From NCBI GenBank assembly GCA_046725765.1, contig JBKOZH010000252.1, positions 1 to 40,832 on the forward strand: a stretch of DNA of 40,832 nucleotides, read 5' to 3'. A program made the position numbers and the translations under genes. Of this stretch, positions 1 through 11,127 are shown one piece after another (positions within the stretch are counted from its first letter, which is position 1; the number at the start of each line of letters is the position of its first letter). Below the pieces are notes generated by a model. It was given only the letters and a program-made list of their open reading frames with translations. It was not told where the DNA came from and made no database searches. This DNA comes from Candidatus Methylomirabilota bacterium. GTDB taxonomy: Bacteria > Methylomirabilota > Methylomirabilia > Rokubacteriales > CSP1-6.

Positions 1-999
1 CTGCTGCGTCGCGGTGTCCCGGTACTGCGCGCCTTTGCGGTGGCCGGGATCGTGCTGCCAGCTCTGTTTGCCGCCGCCCTGGCCCTGGCCCGTGCGCGCG
101 CTGGTGCGTTGGGTCGTCTCCCGGTTCACGTTTTTGTTGAACGTGCTCGAACGGTTGACGTCGACGTCGACCTCACCGCCGCCCCAGTTGCAGCCGCCCC
201 AGACGGCCGCGCCCACGGCCATGCCGACGCCGAAGGACAACGCGGCGGTGCCGAGCGCGTATCCCGGCGGATAGTAGGCGTACGGCGGATAGGCGGGATA
301 CGGCCAGCCGCCGTAGACCGTGGTGGGCTGGTACTGCGGCACGTAGATGACCTCGGGATTGGACGGCTCGATCTTGATGACGGTCGTTTGTGTCGCCGGC
401 GCAGCCGTGGCCGAAGCGGTGGCGGGAGCTGCCGGCTCGACGATGACCTTCTGTTCCGGCGTCGTGTTCAAGTTTCCGGAGGCCTGGGCCTTCGCGCGCA
501 GCCGCTGGATGGCGTCCATGAGCTCCTTCTGCTGCCCGAGCACCGCGTCGCCGAGCTTCTGGGTCCAGTCCAGCTTCTGGTCCATCATCGTCAGCACGTC
601 AGGAAAGCTCAGCAGCGATTTCACGCTGTCATCCCACGCCTGGTCCTTCAGCTTTTCGTTCAGCTGATCGCCCTTGAGCCCCGGGTTCGCCTGGGCGAAG
701 CGCGCGGCCTGGACGATCTCGACCGGATAGGTCGACGCCATGAAGATCTGTGCGAGCAGTGGGTCGGGGTAGAGCGCGATCGGTGCGCCGATCTGCTCGA
801 GCTCTTCCGGCTTGAACGCCGGCGCGTCCTGCGGCGCGCTGGCGTCCTGCGGTGCGCTGGTCGGCGGCGGCGCGGCGGGCGGTGCACCCTGCGGCGGAGG
901 CGGCGGGGCTGCGGTTTGCGCGCCGCCACCGGTCGGCAGAAGGTTCATGACGACGAGCACGCCTGCGAATGTCGCGACAAAGTGCCTGATCCACCGCAT
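1..999 (-). CDS. DUF3300 domain-containing protein (exported; runs off the left edge)
   Basis: Not in the ORF track because there is no stop inside the window. Manual minus-strand translation from ATG 999 (AGGTGA RBS-like upstream): MRWIRHFVATFAGVLVVMNLL...FKPEELEQIGAPIALYPDPLLAQIFMASTYPVEIVQA...WDDSVKSL...WTQKLGDAVLGQQKELMDAIQRLRAKA...IEPSNPEVIYVPQY...WQHDPGHRKG. APIALYPDPLLAQ and VIYVP are DUF3300 hallmarks. Confidence 0.9.
   Translation of the reverse strand, partial: MRWIRHFVATFAGVLVVMNLLPTGGGAQTAAPPPPPQGAPPAAPPPTSAPQDASAPQDAPAFKPEELEQIGAPIALYPDPLLAQIFMASTYPVEIVQAARFAQANPGLKGDQLNEKLKDQAWDDSVKSLLSFPDVLTMMDQKLDWTQKLGDAVLGQQKELMDAIQRLRAKAQASGNLNTTPEQKVIVEPAAPATASATAAPATQTTVIKIEPSNPEVIYVPQYQPTTVYGGWPYPAYPPYAYYPPGYALGTAALSFGVGMAVGAAVWGGCNWGGGEVDVDVNRSSTFNKNVNRETTQRTSARTGQGQGGGKQSWQHDPGHRKGAQYRDTATQQ
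824..859. repeat. 18-bp in-frame tandem repeat (2 copies, 1 mismatch) encoding SAPQDA x2 in the Pro/Ala-rich linker of the DUF3300 protein
   Basis: gcgtcctgcggcgcgctg / gcgtcctgcggtgcgctg read directly. Confidence 0.85.
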
Positions 1000-1097
1000 G
1001 ACGTTCACCTGCCCATTCCCACTGCGTGGCTGTCAGTGTCGGAGGGCGGGGTCTCGCCGCACAGGGCCGGCGACGACGGGGCACGGCCCGGACGGCC

Positions 1098-2786
1098 CTA
1101 GGTGGACATCAAGACGACGATCACCGGCCCCCAGGCGGTCAATAAGATGTTGCCGACGGCGTACGGGACGGTATAGCCGAGCGCCGGGAGCTTGCTCTGC
1201 GACTCCTCCTGCAGCGCACGAAGCGCCGCCGTCACGGTTCCCGCGCCGGAGCACGCGCCCAGCAGAATGACGGGGTTCATCCGCAGCACGTAGCGGCCGA
1301 ACAGGATCGCCAGCGTGTGCGGAATCACGGCGACGATGAGACCGACGACGAGGAGGCTGGCGCCCGAGTTCTGCAGTCCTGACACGAAGCTTGGACCGGC
1401 ACTGAGACCGACCACGCCGATGAAGACGGTCAGCCCGACGGTGTCGAAGATCCAGACGGCGGCTTCGGGAATCCGGCCGAACGTCGGACGCAGCGCCCGC
1501 AGCCAGCCGAAGACGAGGCCCATGATGAGCGCGCCGCCGCTCGCCGTGAGCGTGATCGGCACGCCGCCGATCGTCACGGTGAGCAGGCCGAGCAACCCGC
1601 CGACGAAGATCCCCAGGCCGACGAAGATCATGTCGGTCGCTGCTGTCGGCCGCTCGGCGTAGCCGAGCGCCTGCGCCGCGCGATCGACGTCGGGTTTGGC
1701 GCCGACGAGACTCAGCACGTCACCGCGGTCGAGGCGCGTTTCCAGCGTCACCGGCAGGGTCTGCCCGAGGCGCGCGACGCTCCGAAGAAACACGCCGCGC
1801 GCCAGCGCGTGGGCCGCGAGCTCGCGGAAGCTCTTGCCGACCATCGCCTTGTTCGTGACGACGACGTCGAGGACCTCGACCGGAAAGTCGAGCAGCTCGC
1901 GGTCGCTCACCTCGGGTCCGATGGTGGTGCCGCGCTCCACCAGCGCCTCGGTGTGCGTCATCACCGCGATCACGTCGTCTTTCTGGATGATCGTGTCGGG
2001 CGCGGCCGTCATGATCGCGCCGTTGCGCCGGATGCGAGAGATGACGACGCGGACACGCTCGGGCATCGCCTCGATCTGCGCGACCGACTTGTTCACCAGG
2101 CCCAGGTTCGTCACGCGAAACGCGCGCACGGTCAGGCGCTGGAACGCCGAGATCACGCCCGGCTCGCGATCGTCGGCGCCGGCGATCGAGCGCTGCAGCT
2201 TGACGGCTTCGGCTTTCAGACTTACGCCCATCAGTCGCGGCCCGACGTTCGGCAGGAACCACACGATGAACGCGGTGCCGATGAGGTACGTCACCGCGTA
2301 CGCGACCGGGATGTTGTTCACGAGCGCGGTCTTCTCGGCGGCCGGAAGATTGAGACGAGAGATCGCGTCGCCGGCCGTGCCGATGACGGTGGATTCGGTG
2401 AAGGCGCCGGCGAGCAGACCCGCCGCCGTTCCGACGTCGTAGCCGAGGAGCTTGGACGCGACGACCGCGGCGGCGAGACAGCTGACGCACAGGACCACGG
2501 TGACGGCGAGCTGAGGCATGGCGTCGCCGCGGAGCCCGCGGAAGAACTGCGGCCCGACCTTATAGCCGGTCGTGAAGAGGAAGAGATCGAAGAAGACGTT
2601 CTTGACGATGGGGGGAACCTTGATGTCGAGCTGGCCGATGAGCACGCCCGCGAGCAGCGTGCCGACCACGGTCCCCAGACTGAACGAGCCGAGCCGCAGC
2701 CGGCCGATGAAGAATCCCACAGCCAGCGTGAGGAACACCGCGAGCTCCGGGTGCTCGCGGAGCGCGGTGACGACATACTCCACCAT
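1098..2786 (-). CDS. aspT: Aspartate:alanine antiporter family (AAE, YidE/YbjL) with two TrkA-C domains
   Basis: 562 aa; N- and C-terminal hydrophobic repeats (FDLFLFTTGYKVGPQFF, GLLAGAFTESTVIG, YAVTYLIG, GYTVPYAVGNILLTAWG) around a cytoplasmic RCK-C pair. Confidence 0.88.
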   Translation of the reverse strand: MVEYVVTALREHPELAVFLTLAVGFFIGRLRLGSFSLGTVVGTLLAGVLIGQLDIKVPPIVKNVFFDLFLFTTGYKVGPQFFRGLRGDAMPQLAVTVVLCVSCLAAAVVASKLLGYDVGTAAGLLAGAFTESTVIGTAGDAISRLNLPAAEKTALVNNIPVAYAVTYLIGTAFIVWFLPNVGPRLMGVSLKAEAVKLQRSIAGADDREPGVISAFQRLTVRAFRVTNLGLVNKSVAQIEAMPERVRVVISRIRRNGAIMTAAPDTIIQKDDVIAVMTHTEALVERGTTIGPEVSDRELLDFPVEVLDVVVTNKAMVGKSFRELAAHALARGVFLRSVARLGQTLPVTLETRLDRGDVLSLVGAKPDVDRAAQALGYAERPTAATDMIFVGLGIFVGGLLGLLTVTIGGVPITLTASGGALIMGLVFGWLRALRPTFGRIPEAAVWIFDTVGLTVFIGVVGLSAGPSFVSGLQNSGASLLVVGLIVAVIPHTLAILFGRYVLRMNPVILLGACSGAGTVTAALRALQEESQSKLPALGYTVPYAVGNILLTAWGPVIVVLMST

Positions 2787-2803
2787 CGCCCGGCCTCAGC
2801 CCG

Positions 2804-3781
2804 TTACGCCGCCACCGCCACGAACGAAAACGGGCGCGCCCGCGTAAAGCGCGCGGTGGCGTCGCCGATCACGTCGTGGCGGTGCGCGAGCGTCAGCGTC
2901 CGCACGCCGGAGCCCGCCTTGAAGTCGAGCTCGCCCAGCTTCACCCACAGTGCTCCGGGACTCAAATGATGCTCGTAGTAATAGACGCGGTTCTTCTGAT
3001 CGGCGACCGTGCGCCAGACCGTTTTGGCGACGTGGGGCTGATCGTCGACGGCGATGCCGGGCGGCACGCTCAGCGCGCGCATCACCGCGAACGAGGTGGA
3101 TACCGCTTCGCGCGCGTCGGCGGTCTTGCCCGCCGCGCCGATCAGGAACGACGCGCGCACGAACCGGTCGGCGTCGCGGTTGGTGCCCGGCAGCATCGTC
3201 GTGCCGCCGATCTGCTGCCAGTACTTGTCGAGGGCCAGCTGGTGGTGGAACAGCGGCGCGTTGGTCATGACCCGATACGCGCGATCGTGATGAATCGTCA
3301 GCGTTCCGCGGATGTACTCGAAGATGGCCGAGTCCCCCGACGCATCCGAGATGGCCAGATGCATCGACGCTGGCTTGCCATTCGGCAGCACGGATGCCAC
3401 GACCACGAACGGCTCGGCCCGCAGCGCCCCCACCGCATCGGCGACCGTCGCGTAGTTATCGAGCACGTACTGGGCCCACGCGCCGACCGAGAGCGTCGGC
3501 TTGTGCCCGTCCGGCGCGCCATAGTCGGATTCCGCCAGGTACAGCGCGTTGGCGACCAGCCCCTTCTCGTTCATCCCGTCCGCCGTGCCGACGTCGTAGC
3601 CGGCCGCGACGACGCTGCCGAAGCGGCTGCTCCAGCTGATGCCCTGCTTGTCGATGGCGCCGTCGCGCGGCATTCCGCGCGGGAAGAGCCAGAGATTGCT
3701 GCGGGGGTCCTCCGCCCAGTCCATGTTGCGGCCGGTGACGACCATGTCGTCGACCCCGAGATAGACCGTGCGGGTACACAT
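2804..3781 (-). CDS. Linear amide C-N hydrolase (choloylglycine hydrolase/penicillin V acylase, Ntn family)
   Basis: N-terminal Cys nucleophile (MCT), GRNMDW, DGMNEKGL, VMTN, LPGTN..DRFVRA; no signal peptide. Confidence 0.9.
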   Translation of the reverse strand: MCTRTVYLGVDDMVVTGRNMDWAEDPRSNLWLFPRGMPRDGAIDKQGISWSSRFGSVVAAGYDVGTADGMNEKGLVANALYLAESDYGAPDGHKPTLSVGAWAQYVLDNYATVADAVGALRAEPFVVVASVLPNGKPASMHLAISDASGDSAIFEYIRGTLTIHHDRAYRVMTNAPLFHHQLALDKYWQQIGGTTMLPGTNRDADRFVRASFLIGAAGKTADAREAVSTSFAVMRALSVPPGIAVDDQPHVAKTVWRTVADQKNRVYYYEHHLSPGALWVKLGELDFKAGSGVRTLTLAHRHDVIGDATARFTRARPFSFVAVAA

Positions 3782-3813
3782 GCCAGCAGCCTTTCTCGAC
3801 GGCTATGCGCTGT

Positions 3814-5334
3814 TCATGCGCGCGTGGGCGCGGCCACATCGAAGACGTGCGCCCGCCAGGCCGGAACGTCGAGGTAGAGGCCGCGCCGGGCCAGATCCGT
3901 CCCGTCGCGCTCGTAACGGGTCGCCGGGTCCATGAGATCGTGCAGAGCGACCGTTGTGCCGTCGAGCGCGGACGCGAACACCGGCCGCACGAAGCACTGT
4001 CCCGGTCGCGGAGCATAGTTCACGGCGACCAGCAGCCGCTCGCCATCGCGCTCCCACGTGAACGCGACGAACTGTTCCGAGCTGCCGTTGCCGTCCCACG
4101 CCGGCACGACGTCGGCGAGGTGCCAGTCGCCCTCGCGCGCGTCCCGCCGCCGCATCACCGTCAGCAGTCGTCCGTAGACCGTCTCGAGCTCGCGGTCGAC
4201 CGACTCGGGGGCCCGGCGCCGCAGATGGTTGGAGGCACGCAGCCGCCGCCCCGTCATCTGGCCCTCGTGGACGAAGCGCAGCCCGGGGGCGAGCAGCGCC
4301 ACCACGGCGGCCGCGGTGTGCACGGGGGCCGGGAAGGTCGCCGCCGCGCGTGGCTCGTCGTGATTCTCGAGAAACCGTGCCGACCGCCGCTGATAGTCGG
4401 CGTTCGCGTGGAGATGGCCGAGCACGGCCCGCGCGTCCTGTGCGACGAGGCGATCGTAGAGCCGCTTGTCGTAGGTGTAGTCGAAGCCCTGCTGCTGCAG
4501 GGTCCACTCGAGATCCCAATACGCCTCCGCCATGAAGACGAACTCCGGCGAATGACGGTGGACACGCGCGATGGCGTCAGGCCAGAACGGAGCGTCGACC
4601 GGTGTGCTGCCGTCCGCCGGACGCGCGCGCTCTCCCCACGTGCGCGCGATCACGTCGGGCAGCACGAGCATCGCCATGTCGCAGCGAACGCCGTCGCACT
4701 GCTCGGCGATGTCCTCGAGAGTTCGGACCATGGCCTCGCGAAGGCCGGCGTGGCGATAGTTCACCTGCAGCGTGTCGGGCCAGCCCGGGAAGTACGGGTC
4801 GCGGCCGTGCGCCAGCACCACGGGTCCATGCGGGGTCGCCACGCGGACGTAGTTGTGCGGCTCGTGAGCCAGATTCTCCTCGGTGCCGTGGACGTAGAAC
4901 TCCGGATGCTGCCGCGTCCACGGGTGATCGAGCGCCGTGTGGTTGGGCACGAAGTCGAGCATGAGGCGGATGCCCCGCTCGTCCAGACGCTTGCGCAGCC
5001 GGGCGAGCGGTTCGCGACCGCCGAAGTCGCGATGGACGACATACTCACGGACCGCGAACGGCGAGCCGCATACGTCGTCGGGGGTGTAGTCGATCAGCAC
5101 GTGCCGGTATTCGGCCTGCCACTCGGGCTGCGAGAGGGAGACGGCGCGGCCGGCGTCGCCCGTCTGCCAGATGCCGAGCAGCCACACCCAGTCGAAGCCG
5201 TCGCCGGCGATCCGGTCGAGCTCCGCGTCGGTGATGTCGTCGAGCGTCGCCGGCCGTCCGAGGACCTTGGCGTGCTCGTATAGGCGCGCGCGAGTGTTGA
5301 TCTGGAGCAGCGCGGCGTGCGGGGGCGCGTCCAT
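3814..5334 (-). CDS. Alpha-amylase family glycosidase (GH13)
   Basis: Regions LDFVPNH, DGVRCDMAM (nucleophile Asp), FMAEAYW (acid/base Glu), FLENHDE. Start ATG 5334 or TTG 5340. Confidence 0.9.
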   Translation of the reverse strand: MDAPPHAALLQINTRARLYEHAKVLGRPATLDDITDAELDRIAGDGFDWVWLLGIWQTGDAGRAVSLSQPEWQAEYRHVLIDYTPDDVCGSPFAVREYVVHRDFGGREPLARLRKRLDERGIRLMLDFVPNHTALDHPWTRQHPEFYVHGTEENLAHEPHNYVRVATPHGPVVLAHGRDPYFPGWPDTLQVNYRHAGLREAMVRTLEDIAEQCDGVRCDMAMLVLPDVIARTWGERARPADGSTPVDAPFWPDAIARVHRHSPEFVFMAEAYWDLEWTLQQQGFDYTYDKRLYDRLVAQDARAVLGHLHANADYQRRSARFLENHDEPRAAATFPAPVHTAAAVVALLAPGLRFVHEGQMTGRRLRASNHLRRRAPESVDRELETVYGRLLTVMRRRDAREGDWHLADVVPAWDGNGSSEQFVAFTWERDGERLLVAVNYAPRPGQCFVRPVFASALDGTTVALHDLMDPATRYERDGTDLARRGLYLDVPAWRAHVFDVAAPTRA

Positions 5335-5336
5335 CG

Positions 5337-8048
<2,712 letters not shown>

Positions 8049-8296
8049 CGCCCAGTCTCCTCTTCGAACGCGACAGCACATCCACGCTCTCCGACGCGGG
8101 CAACGGCCCACAGTGCCGAACGGTGCTCCGTCGTCGGCCTGATGGCACTGGCCGCGTGCGTGCGCGTGCGACGGAGCGCCACCGCGCGATGCCGCGCGCA
8201 AGCACGAGCGACACGGAACGCGCGGTCCGTGCGCGCGCCGCTCGCTCGGCGGCATGGGTGCGACCACGGGCCGAACGGGAAACCGCGCCGGGCCCG

Positions 8297-8310
8297 AGGA
8301 CTCTGGTCAT
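8297..8310. promoter_or_regulatory. Candidate DosR/NarL-type operator AGGAC-TCTG-GTCAT
   Basis: GGAC-N4-GTC dyad in the divergent gap upstream of the GH63 operon; lies within a 9-bp inverted repeat ggcccgagg...cctcgggcc. Confidence 0.3.
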
Positions 8311-8377
8311 CGGCGCCGCTCTCATCGACCCTCGGGCCGTGAGTCGAGTGCGACCGCGCGACTACTGGTGCGACGTG

Positions 8378-8548
8378 ATGGCCGAGCGCGTCTCGATTCG
8401 TCTCGTCTGGCGATTGGGGCGCACCGGGCCCAACGCGCAGTTCGTCCAGTGCAATCAGCTGGAATGCCAGTACGCGGGCGAGAACCGGCCGCCGTGCCCA
8501 CTCTCCGTCGTGCTCTTCGTCGACGAGATCAACGGCGAGCCGAACTGA
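8378..8548 (+). CDS. Small Cys-containing hypothetical protein (56 aa)
   Basis: MAERVSIRLVWRLGRTGPNAQFVQCNQLECQYAGENRPPCPLSVVLFVDEINGEPN; composition unlike the Arg/Ala-rich shadow frames, GC-rich third positions, fills the gap up to the convergent regulator. Confidence 0.55.
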   Translation: MAERVSIRLVWRLGRTGPNAQFVQCNQLECQYAGENRPPCPLSVVLFVDEINGEPN

Positions 8549-8551
8549 TCC

Positions 8552-9292
8552 TCACGCGGTTCTGCCAACGGCGGCGCCATTGCGCCACATGGGCTGGGGC
8601 CGCGGCGGCACCGTCGCCGCATGCACGGGCCGCAGCGGCTCGCGCGCCGCGTGCGGCATCGTGAATCGCACCGCCGCCTCCGCGCGCCGCGTGACGTGCA
8701 GCTTGCCGAAGGCGTGCGCCAGCCAGTTCTTGACCGTTTTCTCGCTGACGGCGAGATCGGCGGCGATCTCGCGATTCGTCTTCCCGGCGGCGACGAGCTG
8801 CAGCGCGCGCGACTCGGCGGCCGTGAGCGTCGTCTCGCCATTGCCGAGATCCGGCGGATGCCGGCGCAAGTGCTCGAACAGCATGCGCGTGACGTGCGGG
8901 TCGAACCCCAGCTCGCCCCCGGCGACCGCGCGCACGATACGCCGCACGTCGTCGAGGCGCGAGGACTCCGCGATGCACCCATCGGCGCCGGCCAGCACCG
9001 CCTCGAGGATGGAGGACGGCTCGATTGCGTCGATCACGACGACCACCCGCGTCTGCGGCGCCTGCGCGCGCAGGGCCCGGCAGGGCTCGGCCACCCCGCC
9101 ATCGGCGAGGCCCGCATCGAGCAGCACGACGTCGGGCCGCAGGCGCGCCGATTGGCGGACCGCCTCCTCGTTGCTGGCGATCTCCGCGACCACGCGCATG
9201 TCCGCGTCGATGCCGAGCACCGTCCGCAAGCCGGCGCGTGTGAACTCGTCTCTGGCGACGATAATCAGCTCAATGCGCTTGGTCTCGCTCAT
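8552..9292 (-). CDS. NarL/DevR(DosR)-like response regulator (atypical receiver + LuxR HTH)
   Basis: Receiver fold (PDVVLLD); HTH LTAAESRALQLVAAGKTNREIAADLAVSEKTVKNWL. Confidence 0.88.
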   Translation of the reverse strand: MSETKRIELIIVARDEFTRAGLRTVLGIDADMRVVAEIASNEEAVRQSARLRPDVVLLDAGLADGGVAEPCRALRAQAPQTRVVVVIDAIEPSSILEAVLAGADGCIAESSRLDDVRRIVRAVAGGELGFDPHVTRMLFEHLRRHPPDLGNGETTLTAAESRALQLVAAGKTNREIAADLAVSEKTVKNWLAHAFGKLHVTRRAEAAVRFTMPHAAREPLRPVHAATVPPRPQPMWRNGAAVGRTA

Positions 9293-9966
9293 CAGATCGA
9301 CCTCCGCGTCTTTGGTCCCACGCCGCCGTACCCCTTGATGAAGAGCACCGCGGCCTGCGCGCGCCGAGACACGTTCAGCTTCTCAAAGGCGTTCGACAGG
9401 TAGTTCTTCACCGTCTTCGCGCTCAGCCCGAGCGCGGTCCCGATTTCCTTGTTCGTCTTGCCGTGCGCGACGAGCTGCAGCACCCGACGCTCCTGCGTGG
9501 TGAGGGCCAGGACGTCGCGGGGCCCGTCGCGGCGCGCGAGCAACGGCGCGCCAGCGCTCGCCGGCGGTCCCTCGCCGGCACCGAGGTCGCGGAGCGCTCG
9601 GCACAGGCTCTGGGCCCCGAGTTGCCGCGAGACGCAGCCGACGGCGCCGACACGGCTGGCCATGGCGGTGGCCATCTCGATCTGCTCGCTCAGGATGACG
9701 AGACGCGCGTCGGGCACGCGGGCGCGAAGCTGGCTGCATCCGTCGACATACGTGGCGTCCGACAGCGTGCCGGCCATCAGCACCAGCGCCGGATGATGCA
9801 CGCTGGCGGCGACGACCGCCTCGGCGACCGTGTCGACGTCGGCCACGACCTCGAACCAGCGGCTGGTTTCGAGCAGCGAGCGCAAGCCCAGCCGCAGCAC
9901 CTCGTGGCCGCCCACCAGCAGGATGCGAACGCGGCGCTCGCCTCGAGAGAACGCTCGGAGGTTCAT
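9292..9966 (-). CDS. NarL/DevR(DosR)-like regulator with pseudo-receiver + LuxR HTH
   Basis: Start ATG 9966 (ATGA overlap with the upstream lipoprotein gene); HTH LTTQERRVLQLVAHGKTNKEIGTALGLSAKTVKNYL. Confidence 0.85.
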   Translation of the reverse strand: MNLRAFSRGERRVRILLVGGHEVLRLGLRSLLETSRWFEVVADVDTVAEAVVAASVHHPALVLMAGTLSDATYVDGCSQLRARVPDARLVILSEQIEMATAMASRVGAVGCVSRQLGAQSLCRALRDLGAGEGPPASAGAPLLARRDGPRDVLALTTQERRVLQLVAHGKTNKEIGTALGLSAKTVKNYLSNAFEKLNVSRRAQAAVLFIKGYGGVGPKTRRSI

Positions 9967-10370
9967 GGGTTCGGTCGCAGGCGCGCGGTCATGTTGCCTC
10001 CCTTCGCCGCCATCATCTGGACGACGAGCGTGCGCTGCCCGTCGCCGCCGTAGAGCGTTGCGGTGCCGCGGGCGCCGCTCGCGCCCTCGATCAGCAACCG
10101 GCCATCGCTGAGCTGCACACGCCCCCGCGCGTCCATGAAGCCGATGGTGCGCGCCGACGTCGCCTCGTAGGTCCCGTCGTTGCGCAGCGTGACCTCGATG
10201 TACTGCTCGTCGTTGCGGTGACCCGGAAGGTCGCTGATACCCGCCCAGCGTCCGGCCACGCTGCCGAGATCGGTGACGCGGATCGGCGTGCCGCCGCCGG
10301 CGGTATCTCGGGTGGCTGCCGCGCAGCCGGCATGCGCGAACAGCAGCAGGAGACTCACCCAACGAAGCAT
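9963..10370 (-). CDS. Hypothetical lipoprotein, beta-rich
   Basis: Signal peptide with lipobox MLRWVSLLLLFAHAG-C; DLGSVAGRWAG motif followed by beta strands; stop overlaps the regulator start. Confidence 0.7.
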   Translation of the reverse strand: MLRWVSLLLLFAHAGCAAATRDTAGGGTPIRVTDLGSVAGRWAGISDLPGHRNDEQYIEVTLRNDGTYEATSARTIGFMDARGRVQLSDGRLLIEGASGARGTATLYGGDGQRTLVVQMMAAKGGNMTARLRPNP

Positions 10371-10437
10371 CGAGCATCTTCCTCCGGTCCAGTGTGGACA
10401 CGGTGGCGCGCGGCGGCGCCACCGTGTGCGCGCTCGG

Positions 10438-10977
10438 CTACTTGGCGCTCCCTGCGTTGATCGAGATCTTCTGTCCCTGCTCGAGCTGCGCCGCCGTGGA
10501 AACGGGCACGCGCAGCGTGACGTCGTCGCCTGCCTCGGTCCTGACCGTGACGTCGCCGCTGGTGGGATTCACCGCGGTGACCTGACCGCTCAGCGCAAAC
10601 GGCTGCGTCGTCGCGGGGCTCGCCGCCGCCGTGCCCGAGGGCGTTTTCGCCGTGTCCCTGTGCACCGGGACGACGACGATGTCGTTCTGAACGCCTCTGA
10701 CGCCGGCGACCCGGCTGGCAATGCGCTCGGCCTCCGCCTTCTGCTCCGGCGTGTGCACGGTGCCGGTCAGCTTGACGACACCCCACTGCGTACCGACCCC
10801 GGTGGAGATCAAGTTGCCCGCGCGTTCGGCGGTCAGCCTCGTCTTGACCTGAGTCGAGATGTTCTTGTCGTCGAACTGCTGGCCGAACGACCGTCCTGTC
10901 ATCGATCGACATCCGACGAATGCGAGCGTACAAACTACAATCATCAGCACCGGTACCGTCATCTGGACGCGCCTCAT
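10438..10977 (-). CDS. BON (OsmY-like) domain lipoprotein with a C-terminal OB-like beta domain
   Basis: Lipobox LAFVG-C; DDKNISTQVKTRL...GVVKLTGTV...AERIASRVAGVRGVQNDIVV; RBS GGGAGG before ATG 10977. Confidence 0.85.
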   Translation of the reverse strand: MRRVQMTVPVLMIVVCTLAFVGCRSMTGRSFGQQFDDKNISTQVKTRLTAERAGNLISTGVGTQWGVVKLTGTVHTPEQKAEAERIASRVAGVRGVQNDIVVVPVHRDTAKTPSGTAAASPATTQPFALSGQVTAVNPTSGDVTVRTEAGDDVTLRVPVSTAAQLEQGQKISINAGSAK

Positions 10978-11100
10978 TGATGCCCTCCCTTGTGACGCCC
11001 CACAGAACGTTGAGAGTCCTGCGATGGCCGCCCCACGCATCGCATCGACAGACTAGAGGCGTGCCGTACGTCTCGCTATCGGATCAAGGTCAGGCGGGCC

Positions 11101-11116
11101 TGCGACCAATGTCGCA
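11101..11116. promoter_or_regulatory. Perfect dyad TGCGAC-CAAT-GTCGCA upstream of the BON/lipoprotein/regulator operon
   Basis: 6-bp perfect arms with a 4-nt spacer and a GAC-N4-GTC core, intergenic. Confidence 0.4.
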
Positions 11117-11127
11117 GACGCGTGGGG

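Noticed and set aside
40-1101. 353-aa plus-strand ORF and other ORF-track calls over 1-1270
   Set aside because: Antisense shadows of the DUF3300 gene, which the track missed because it lacks a stop inside the window
8049-8267. N-terminal extension of the GH63 ORF to 8267
   Set aside because: Low-complexity translation; a good RBS and family-like start at 8048
8552-9966. Quorum-sensing LuxR plus AHL-acylase (quorum-quenching) interpretation
   Set aside because: The N-terminal domains are receiver-like, not autoinducer-binding, and there is no LuxI-like gene
9967-10422. 376-aa version of the second regulator
   Set aside because: The extension overlaps the lipoprotein gene out of frame; ATG 9966 gives a standard ATGA coupling
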